A stretch of 64,000 nt of DNA, taken from the IMG/VR virus record IMGVR_UViG_3300003364_000021, positions 1 through 64,000 of that record; one strand, written 5' to 3'. Origin of the DNA: an uncultured virus (IMG/VR IMGVR_UViG_3300003364_000021) (lineage: Duplodnaviria > Heunggongvirae > Uroviricota > Caudoviricetes). Below, piece after piece: positions 1 to 7,749 of this stretch. The notes under the pieces are model-generated. The model saw only the letters and a program-made list of their open reading frames with translations. It did no database searches and was not told the DNA's origin. The position numbers and the translations under genes are program-made. Position 1 is the stretch's first letter; each line of letters opens with the position of its first letter.

Positions 1-333
1 CTCTCGACCGTCCGCGCGGGCTCTTATGAGGAAGCCCTCAAACTCGCGATGGACCATGAATATGGCAACGGCACCGCGATCTTTACCCGCGACGGCGACG
101 CCGCCCGCGATTTCGCAGCGCGTGTGAACGTCGGCATGGTCGGCATCAACGTCCCCATTCCGGTGCCGCTCGCCTATCACACCTTCGGTGGCTGGAAAAA
201 ATCCGGGTTTGGCGATCTCAACCAGCACGGCCCGGATTCGTTCAAGTTCTACACAAGGACCAAAACCGTCACGTCCCGCTGGCCATCCGGCATCAAGGAA
301 GGTGGCGAGTTCAACTTCAAGGCAATGGACTGA
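1..333 (+). CDS. mmsA: CoA-acylating methylmalonate-semialdehyde dehydrogenase, 3' part (begins before window)
   Basis: YGNGTAIFTRDG...GMVGINVPIPVP...FGGWKKSGFGD C-terminal motif typical of MmsA/IolA; frame open from base 1. Confidence 0.9.
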   Translation, partial: LSTVRAGSYEEALKLAMDHEYGNGTAIFTRDGDAARDFAARVNVGMVGINVPIPVPLAYHTFGGWKKSGFGDLNQHGPDSFKFYTRTKTVTSRWPSGIKEGGEFNFKAMD

Positions 334-357
334 TCCTGCGCCCAATCGCCCAAGATC

Positions 358-387
358 AAAGGCCCCGGCAGAGATGCCGGGGCCTTT
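358..387. terminator. Intrinsic, probably bidirectional terminator
   Basis: AAAGGCCCCGGCA-gaga-TGCCGGGGCCTTT hairpin between convergent genes. Confidence 0.85.
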
Positions 388-391
388 TGCG

Positions 392-1252
392 TCACCCCAC
401 AGGCCCAATCTGCATTGCCTGTTCAATCATCGCCACGGCAGATCCATGTACATCGCCATCCGTCCAATAGGCATTGTGCGACAGCGGATTCCACGCGGTC
501 AGAATATTGCCCGCGCTGATCCAACGATCGCGCAACTGACCATCTGCCGCCAGAACATCGTAGCCTGCCCCCGAACCAGCCAGAGGCATGCCCAGAATGT
601 CATTGCGGCTGTTGAGGTTGATCCACCACGGCTTGAACCACTTTCCCGCCGGAATGGCAGTACCGGGCCGGTCGATGGCCTTGACCTCTCCGGGTCTACA
701 ACTGAACGTAAAGACCGGAATATTGCACCCAAACGTGAGAAATCCGGCCATCGTCTCAAAGCGCTGAAACATGGTTGGCGCGGCGCTATGGCCCTTTTGC
801 AAATCCCAGATGTGGTTTGAAATGATCTGGCCGCCCAATGAATGCGCCAGCACGATGAGGGGCGCTCGCGCGCCCGTCACCCCCTCCAAATGGGCGATGG
901 CACGGGTGACGCGGGAATGCACCTCTGGGTAGACATAGGCATGATCCCCTGTTTCCCAACGATAAGAGGCTGCATCGGCCAACCTGTGCATCACGAAATC
1001 CCGCGACCCCATCCAATTGGCCTCGCCCTTGAGCGCACGGTCCATGTAACCCTGCTGTCTCTCTTGCAGGATGTCCGACCAGAAGATCTCGCGCCACCCC
1101 ACAAGACTGTCAAATCGTGCCTCCCCCATCCGGCGGCGTAACGCCTGATAAAGATCGCGGGAAAAGCTGACCGCGTTGTCGGCTTGTGGCTTGTCGCCCT
1201 GACTGCCCATACCGTGAATGACCGCCACGGCGACCCGGTGTTCTTGTGGCAT
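392..1252 (-). CDS. Hypothetical protein, alpha/beta-hydrolase-like
   Basis: IHGMG near N-terminus, AHSLGG nucleophile elbow, C-terminal SHNAYW; start MPQEH chosen on GAGGG RBS. Confidence 0.6.
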   Translation of the reverse strand: MPQEHRVAVAVIHGMGSQGDKPQADNAVSFSRDLYQALRRRMGEARFDSLVGWREIFWSDILQERQQGYMDRALKGEANWMGSRDFVMHRLADAASYRWETGDHAYVYPEVHSRVTRAIAHLEGVTGARAPLIVLAHSLGGQIISNHIWDLQKGHSAAPTMFQRFETMAGFLTFGCNIPVFTFSCRPGEVKAIDRPGTAIPAGKWFKPWWINLNSRNDILGMPLAGSGAGYDVLAADGQLRDRWISAGNILTAWNPLSHNAYWTDGDVHGSAVAMIEQAMQIGPVG

Positions 1253-1497
1253 GGTTATGCCCTCCGTTGAAATAGGCTGCTGAAATGACTTGCTCTTGGG
1301 TGAAAGAAAAGCACGGCAGTGCCAGTCGCGCAACCATGAGGTGCAAACGTGCCGCATAACGTGAGAGCACAAGCACCTGAGAACACCTGATGACAATTCC
1401 GTGAGGTGATGCGGGTTTCTGCCCGTCAACCCCTTCGCTTTACCCGCTGCTGTCCCTATGTTCCTGCCAATAGTCACAATAAAGAGGATCGAGCCCA

Positions 1498-2064
1498 GTG
1501 ACCCCCAGTCGACTTACCCGCCGCCACGCGATTGCCGCTGGCCTTGCAGCACTTGCAACTCCCGGCATCCTGCGCGCTGCCCCCCTGAGCGAAGTGACGA
1601 ACCGTCGCAACGCGTCCGCCTTTGTCACCCGAGATTGGCGCGATCACTTCGATACTCTGGGCAAAGGCGCCATTCTGGCCGATATCGACAGCCGTGCGCT
1701 GCATTACTGGGGCCCCGATGGCGAGACTTATGCGCTCTACCCGTCGTCGGTTCCGCTGACCGAAGAACTCACGCGGCGGGGCTATACCGAGGTGGTGCGC
1801 AAACGGGTCGGCCCCGACTGGACNCCAACCCAGTCCATGCGCGAGCGTGATCCCTCCCTGCCCGCCTACATGCCCCCGGGTCCGGGCAATCCGCTNGGCA
1901 CCCATGCTCTCTATCTCAGTTGGCCCGCCTATCTGGTCCATGGCACCCACGACACCCGCAAGATCGGTCGGCAATCGTCTTCCGGCTGTATCGGTCTCTA
2001 TAACCCCCATATCGAAGAGCTGTTCGCCAAGGTGGCAGTGGGCACACAGGTGCTGTTGCTCTGA
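1498..2064 (+). CDS. L,D-transpeptidase (YkuD family) with Tat-like signal
   Basis: LTRR signal; PGPGNPxG...HGT...SSGCI catalytic motif. Confidence 0.9.
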   Translation: MTPSRLTRRHAIAAGLAALATPGILRAAPLSEVTNRRNASAFVTRDWRDHFDTLGKGAILADIDSRALHYWGPDGETYALYPSSVPLTEELTRRGYTEVVRKRVGPDWXPTQSMRERDPSLPAYMPPGPGNPXGTHALYLSWPAYLVHGTHDTRKIGRQSSSGCIGLYNPHIEELFAKVAVGTQVLLL

Positions 2065-2392
2065 AGCCGTCTCGATGCAAAAACCAGAGCGCCCCGAAAC
2101 CCAGGTGAGGGGCGCTGTTACTTACGGGTTCGAACTTTCGTTCTGCGCATGGTTGAAACAGGTTTGATGCGGCCGGACACATGGCCTCATTCCTGAGCCA
2201 GTGATTGCCCGCTCCGTATCCGGCTTGGACCATTGGACGCTCAGGTCATGCACAGGGGGCTCTCGTTCCCAATCGCCAAAAGACTTTGACCTCCTTGAAA
2301 CACCCTTGCAGAGGTGCGATATTATCCAGCGAGGACGACCTCCACATCTGGACAACAGCCCGGGACGACCCGGCACCTAGTTTGAGGTCGCC

Positions 2393-2830
2393 ATGCGCTC
2401 CCCGCTTGATCGTCTCCGCCACGCCCTGAGTTTTGAAATCATCGCTTTGCTTCTCGTCGTCCCACTTGGCGCGGTCGCGTTTCACGTCCCGATACACGAC
2501 ATCGGTGTGGTCAGCATTGTGAGCGCCACCCTCGCAACGCTGTGGAACATGATCTACAACTATGTGTTCGATGTGGCCCTGCAACGCTTGTCCGGCACAA
2601 CCAAGAAATCGGCCTCGCTGCGCATTCTGCACACCGTCCTCTTTGAAACCGGCCTCTTGATCGTCTTGATGCCNTTCTTCGCATGGTATCTCGGTATCTC
2701 NCTCTGGCAGGCNTTCGTGATGGATCTGTCCTTTGCGCTGTTCTACATGGTCTACGCATTCGGATTTAACTGGGCCTACGACAAGGTTTTCCCCCTGCCC
2801 GAATGGAGCGGCGCGCCAGCCTCCGGTTGA
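2393..2830 (+). CDS. PACE-family (AceI-like) efflux transporter
   Basis: Two BTP-like repeats RxxHAxxFE / RILHTVLFE with WNxxYNxxFD and FNWAYD. Confidence 0.85.
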   Translation: MRSPLDRLRHALSFEIIALLLVVPLGAVAFHVPIHDIGVVSIVSATLATLWNMIYNYVFDVALQRLSGTTKKSASLRILHTVLFETGLLIVLMXFFAWYLGIXLWQXFVMDLSFALFYMVYAFGFNWAYDKVFPLPEWSGAPASG

Positions 2831-2835
2831 GGGCC

Positions 2836-3000
2836 CTCAACGAGGTCTGCGCCCTCTGGCGGCGCGGCGTGAACCTCTATGACAAGCCAATGCCGATGCT
2901 CTGTCACACCTCGCACCCCGGCCTCGCCGCAGCCCTCCGCCGCGACCCCCTCTGGGCGCAGGTCTCGGCCCTCCTCCTTGCCGAGGCCAAGGAGCGCAGC
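2836..3000 (+). pseudogene. Fragment of ABC-ATPase/GNAT (mom-like) gene
   Basis: 165 bp collinear with 44908-45072 (LNEVCALWRRGVN...AEAKERS); lacks the start and remainder of the gene. Confidence 0.9.
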
Positions 3001-3223
3001 AGGCGTAACGAAGGGCGGAGAGCCGAGGTTCGCCGCGTTTGATATGAACATCTGCTCTTGAACTTCGCCGACAGCTAAACAGGAACACCTTGTGCCGGTG
3101 ACGATGCGCTCAACGATTGGAAAATCGTCAGTATTTGCGAGTAATTGAAACTGTTTCGCGGTTGGTTTCGTGGATCTTTGTATAGCCGCACAAAAGCGTG
3201 GCCCATTTACAAGGAGAACAGCT

Positions 3224-3787
3224 ATGACACCCATTAAATCTACGCTCTTCGCGCTCACTTTTGCGATCGCATCCACACCCGCCTTTGCAGATGATCATAC
3301 GGGAAATCCAAAGGTTGGTGGCGCGGAGATGCTTGTTGAACGCAACATCATCGAAAACGCGGTGAACTCTCCTATCCACACGACACTTGTTGCGGCAGTT
3401 CAGGCGGCAGATCTTGTTGACACGTTGCAAGGCGAAGGACCTTTCACTGTGTTCGCACCAGTCAACGATGCGTTCGCCGCCTTGCCCGCTGGTACTGTCG
3501 AAACGCTGCTGCTGCCTGAGAACAAGGCGATGCTGCAAAAAGTCCTGACCGCACATGTCGTCGCAGGTGATTGGTCGGCTGCCGAAATTATCGCCGCCGC
3601 CCGGTCAAGCGCTGACGGGTTTTACCATTTTAACGCGGTGTCTGGTGACGCATTGTCTGCACAGGTGCGCGGCNACAACGTCTACATCTACGACGAAAGC
3701 GGGAACGCTTCACTGGTGACCGTCGCTGATGTTAATCAGTCGAATGGCGTGATCCATGTTGTCAACGCTGTTTTGGTTCCAAAGTAA
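3224..3787 (+). CDS. Fasciclin (FAS1) domain secreted protein
   Basis: Signal peptide; TLVAAV...[12 protein letters not shown] and SNGVIHVV motifs; AAGGAG RBS. Confidence 0.92.
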   Translation: MTPIKSTLFALTFAIASTPAFADDHTGNPKVGGAEMLVERNIIENAVNSPIHTTLVAAVQAADLVDTLQGEGPFTVFAPVNDAFAALPAGTVETLLLPENKAMLQKVLTAHVVAGDWSAAEIIAAARSSADGFYHFNAVSGDALSAQVRGXNVYIYDESGNASLVTVADVNQSNGVIHVVNAVLVPK

Positions 3788-3805
3788 GCCAGCGCTTTGA
3801 AATAC

Positions 3806-3838
3806 GTGACCCTCTCTGCAAAATGCGGCGGGGGTCAC
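3806..3838 (+). terminator. Putative terminator hairpin after fasciclin gene
   Basis: GTGACCCTC...GGGGGTCAC imperfect stem; no clear U tract. Confidence 0.4.
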
Positions 3839-3858
3839 TCCTGCCTGACAGCGCTCCC

Positions 3859-3918
3859 AAAACCCCCGTTGCTGTAAACTAGAGTGTAATTCACTGCAAA
3901 CTTCGCTGTCACGCTACA
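3859..3918 (+). mobile_element. Right end of decayed Mu-like element 0
   Basis: 56/60 identical to 48553-48612; repeated CTGYAAAC-like motifs; ends in CTACA. Confidence 0.85.
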
Positions 3919-3923
3919 ACAGT
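3919..3923. repeat. 5-bp target-site duplication ACAGT (left copy)
   Basis: Lies between ...CA and TG...; identical to 48613-48617. Confidence 0.85.
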
Positions 3924-4330
3924 TGTAGGTTTACACCATTGTTTACAGTGATGCCGGACGACCCGGGACGAGGCTGGAAGAAGGCGGATCACCCAATGAA
4001 ATAAGGGGTTTCGAGCGCCAAGAGGCCCACCGGGACGCGCGAGTGCAAAGTTTGCAGTAAATCGGCAAAACAGCACCAACAGGGCGAAAACGAGCGCGTT
4101 GGTCGGAGCAAGGCCGCGGACGTGGCGAACCCTACCAAACCCCATTAAAACACGGTTTAAGCGCCTCTTGGGTGGGTGCTAAACACACCATTCAAGGGCC
4201 TTTTCCGCATCCGGAACTGGGACCCAAACCGCCCAGTTCTACTTAGCCCTCCCAGATCCCTGCTGCGGCTTTTGAAATCAAAGGCTTGGAGATTCCCGGC
4301 GTAAAGGCGGTAGAAAAAGAAGTGGGACCC
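3924..4330 (+). repeat. Left-end region of prophage 1 with putative transposase-binding repeats
   Basis: GTTTACAC 3929, GTTTACAG 3941, GTTTGCAG 4050; collinear similarity to 48618-49025. Confidence 0.75.
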
Positions 4331-4590
4331 TTTTTGAGATCGAGCCACCGCTGTAGCTGCTGGTGCGAAGCGGGTCCGACCCGCCTTCGAATGACCGGAT
4401 CGAGCCCTTTGTACTGATTGCTGCATCGCGCGCGAATGGCAGCTTTGTGGGGCTTACTTCAACTTTGCCCACAGCCACCGGTTATGATCATCGACAAGCC
4501 AATCCGATGCGTGTTTGATGATGTTCATGCCGTGGGGCTTTGACAACGCGCGCGTTGGCACTGGCCAAGTATTGATAGGGAGGGATTTGA

Positions 4591-5502
4591 GTGATGCGTT
4601 CTTTCTTTGAAAAGCCTGTTGCAGCTTTTTCGCCGAATCCAAGCAATATCAAGCCCCCGACACGTTTCGGCGCAACTATCGGGTTAGTCGTTGTTTTTTG
4701 CGCATTTTTTGTATCAGCTTTCGCTCCAATTCTGGCGCCATTTGAACCAACCCTTAGTGTCGCCACAGCATTTTCACCTGCGGATGAAGAGTTCCTTTTG
4801 GGAACTGATGAACTAGGCCGCGACAGCTTATCAAGATTGATCTATGGCCTCAGAAACCTCGTCTGGGTGGCTTCGGCTACGTCCTTGCTTTCGATCACCA
4901 TTGGTCTTTGCGCGGGCGTCACTGCCATAGTGCTCGGTGGGTGGTTGAACAGAACGATCTTCGTGCTTGCGCACGCGATCTCAACTCTGCCTGCACTGTA
5001 CTGGGGCTTCTTCTTTGGGGCCCTGTTCTACGTCCCTTCAAGCCTAAGCTTGATCATAGCAATTACCATACCGTTTTCGGGACGTGTTTTTCGTTTATGC
5101 AGCAGCGAAACCATGGGAGCGGCGCTCGAAAACGCATATACCGCATCGAAATCAGGTTCAGCGGTTTTGTGGTTTGGCGTTGCGGGGAAATTCGTGCGAC
5201 AGGAAATAGTTTTTCTTGCGGCAATGCTTGGGAATATCTTTAACGCAACGATACTAGTGGTCTTTTCTCTTTCTTTTATAGGTCTGGGGATTCAACCGCC
5301 ACACTCTTCGTTGGGACGGTTTATTGCAGAAAATGCTACTCTCATTTCATTTGGAGACTATACCCCGGCCCTTCCGTTTTTAATCGTGATCCCGTTGGTA
5401 ATGTCGGTCTACATATTGAACGACAATGTCTTGCGCCGTACGGGGCGCAACTTGGTGCCAAGCATCAGAACACATGGTCCAGTCTGGGACCTACAGCGGT
5501 AA
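4591..5502 (+). CDS. Orphan DppC/OppC-like ABC transporter permease
   Basis: APILAPFEP...LLGTDELGRD..SRLIYG and SFIGLGIQPP motifs; multiple TM segments. Confidence 0.75.
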   Translation: MMRSFFEKPVAAFSPNPSNIKPPTRFGATIGLVVVFCAFFVSAFAPILAPFEPTLSVATAFSPADEEFLLGTDELGRDSLSRLIYGLRNLVWVASATSLLSITIGLCAGVTAIVLGGWLNRTIFVLAHAISTLPALYWGFFFGALFYVPSSLSLIIAITIPFSGRVFRLCSSETMGAALENAYTASKSGSAVLWFGVAGKFVRQEIVFLAAMLGNIFNATILVVFSLSFIGLGIQPPHSSLGRFIAENATLISFGDYTPALPFLIVIPLVMSVYILNDNVLRRTGRNLVPSIRTHGPVWDLQR

Positions 5503-5559
5503 CACTTAAAGCGGACTTTCGCGGAGCTTCCGGCGACGGCATCCGCCGGTAGGGCCACC

Positions 5560-5610
5560 TGTTGCAACCAAGTAGAAATGTCAGCCGGTCCGCAAAGTAG
5601 AAATGTCACC
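5560..5610 (+). mobile_element. Possible orphan IS end (ISNCY/IS1202-like)
   Basis: Starts TGTTGC; 14-bp direct repeat AAGTAGAAATGTCA at 5570-5583 and 5595-5608; no transposase follows. Confidence 0.45.
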
Positions 5611-5634
5611 AAGGACGATGACGGGAGCAAAGCT

Positions 5635-6318
5635 TCAGATGCCTAGGTATTTTAGGGCCTTCTTCGCGGTTTTTCTGACCTCAGACTCCGGATGTTCAAC
5701 AAACTCAGAAATCTTATCTGCAGAGGTTTGAGCTTTAAGCTTTCCCAGACATGCAATTGCGCTAACGAGCAAATCGTCATTCTCCAGCAGCCGGATCAGA
5801 TAGGGAATGCTGTCCTCTTTCAGAATTCTCGTCACGCCAAAAGGGAGCTCGGATCTCGAAAACCCGTAACGACGGTCTTCGAGCAAAGAAATAATATCTT
5901 CGACGTCGCCAGCATCGGCAACCACGGACAGAGTATTGCCCATAACCCACCTGAGGTCATCATCACGTTCCGCCCGAAAAAGCCTTATCAACTGGCGGCC
6001 AGCAACACCCCGGGCAAAAGGAGCTGCCAGAGATCTTATGATCCCTTCCTTGTTTTTCTTCACATATGGAAAGTTTAAATGCCTGAGGAGACTTGGGACT
6101 GCCAAAGAATAGTCGGACTCCGAATTGACCAGATCCCAGATCGACGCCACGTGAAGTCCCAGCGCGACCAGATCGGCCACAATGGGCCGTTCATCCTGCG
6201 ACAGCCTGGCCTCCTCCTGTGCTAATCTTTGGTCTTCCTTTTCTATCCTCTCAAGATATTGAGCGTCTCGCGCCAATTCGGTCATAAACGCCTCAGCCGT
6301 CATGGGTTTCCTTGCCAT
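5635..6318 (-). CDS. HEAT-repeat protein
   Basis: Helical repeats ending HPESEVRKTAKKAL; GGAGG RBS before MARKP. Confidence 0.7.
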   Translation of the reverse strand: MARKPMTAEAFMTELARDAQYLERIEKEDQRLAQEEARLSQDERPIVADLVALGLHVASIWDLVNSESDYSLAVPSLLRHLNFPYVKKNKEGIIRSLAAPFARGVAGRQLIRLFRAERDDDLRWVMGNTLSVVADAGDVEDIISLLEDRRYGFSRSELPFGVTRILKEDSIPYLIRLLENDDLLVSAIACLGKLKAQTSADKISEFVEHPESEVRKTAKKALKYLGI

Positions 6319-6740
6319 GATCCCTCCCTTGCAGACCCCTTTACGCTGGACGATACCGCAAGGGACTGGGTTTGCATATGCTCCGTTCCTGACTGGATCG
6401 AGACCGCCTGAGACCGGCCCTCGCCCCCAGCCCTGCGCCCGCCCGCAGCGCCTCCCGGTGCGGCGTCGGGCGGGGCGGGGGCATCTCAATTTTGGGATCG
6501 TCGAATCCGGGCGGTTTTTCGTGTCCGATTGCGGTTGGATTCGGGCCGGTGTCACCTGTCTCGTAAGGGATCATATGTTGTGTAAAATTTGTTTACCTTC
6601 TGGAAACATAAGCCCCATTTGCCGCCTTGTCCGCGCGCGCGCCTAGACGCCCGTTGGCGACTTCCGCAATGGCTGTAGACTCGGATCGCGCGCTCCTTAA
6701 GGGTAAAAATCTATAGATTTAACTCAGAATGGAACGAATT

Positions 6741-6956
6741 ATGCCCGAATATTATGTGAACAAAAATACGCAGATCAACGGCGACAATGAAGTCCACCGG
6801 AGCGATGAGCTGAACTGCCAAAATCCAGCGGCGTACTGGAACAGGGTTGCTTTGGGACTTCACAATGACTGTCATTCGGCAATTAAATCGGCTAAGTCTC
6901 GAGGGTATAACGCAAACGGCTGCTTCTATTGCGCCAACGCGTGTCATACGTCCTAG
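6741..6956 (+). CDS. Small Cys/His-rich hypothetical protein
   Basis: YYVNKN..NGDNEVH...NGCFYCANACHT. Confidence 0.65.
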   Translation: MPEYYVNKNTQINGDNEVHRSDELNCQNPAAYWNRVALGLHNDCHSAIKSAKSRGYNANGCFYCANACHTS

Positions 6957-7050
6957 CAGCGCCTAAATGGCCCGTTACGAGGGCGCACGGCCTCAATGCC
7001 GTGAGCAGTCGGCCGCGGCCCCTCGCCGAGTTTACCTAAGGATCCTGCCC

Positions 7051-7353
7051 ATGACATTGAGGCGCTTGTTCCTAGCCGTCGCGCTGTTCGGAATATCTTC
7101 CACGCTTGGTTTCGCGCAGACGCAATCCACGCCGCATGACGGCTCCTATCAGCTGGCGCAACGCTATGCCTGCGGCCGGACTTGCGGGCAAGTCAGCAGT
7201 TGCCGCGAAGCCGTCTATCAATGGTGCGTTTGTGGCTACAGCCGCGCGGATGGAGATCGTGACGGCGTACCCTGTGAGACAGTCTGCGGCCAAAGCTCCG
7301 CCAGTTCGCTTGCGCGGGTGCGGGGTTTCAAGGACGAGTTCGGGTGTCGCTAG
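7051..7353 (+). CDS. Excalibur calcium-binding domain secreted protein
   Basis: Signal peptide; C...SC.EA...DGDRDGVPCE motif. Confidence 0.8.
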   Translation: MTLRRLFLAVALFGISSTLGFAQTQSTPHDGSYQLAQRYACGRTCGQVSSCREAVYQWCVCGYSRADGDRDGVPCETVCGQSSASSLARVRGFKDEFGCR

Positions 7354-7419
7354 CGGCCCTAAGCTGCCATTGCCCGCTGTTTGAAATGCTAACTGCGGCC
7401 CGTCATTGCGGACTTTCGT
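7354..7419 (+). repeat. Cargo-flanking repeat, type 2
   Basis: Aligns with reverse complement of 48463-48530 (CGGCCC.AAGC..CC.TT...ATGCT...CGTCA...CGGAC.TTCG). Confidence 0.6.
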
Positions 7420-7749
7420 TGCAGCACGAACCCCGAAACACGAAAACAACGTCAAATCAGAAGGTCGAACGACCGCATCAAGCGCCAGTCCCGCGCGAGC
7501 ATCTTAGTCCAAGAGCGCATGATTAAAAAATTCAGGTTCAAACATGAATGTAGGGTTGAAAGTTATAGAGGACGTTCAAGTTGCACGAAGTACTTTTTTC
7601 CCTGTTCGGATTTCTTGCAGGAGCGGTGTATACAACCCCGCAGCATACCCATTTCCAGCAGGTTAAAAGGCAGCTATATTGGCGCTACGCGCCAATACGA
7701 TGTAGTAAATTTTCGTCATTTTCCCTTTCTTAAGCGAGCCTCGGAATAC

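Noticed and set aside
3914..3928. CTACAAC-A-GTTGTAG palindrome as a recombinase att or dif site
   Set aside because: Largely explained by inverted Mu ends plus a near-symmetric pentamer; no tyrosine or serine recombinase is in the window.
6470..6600. Possible additional transposon end junction (...GGGATCA tatgt TGTG...)
   Set aside because: No repeated binding motifs or partner end found; CA-N5-TG is expected by chance.
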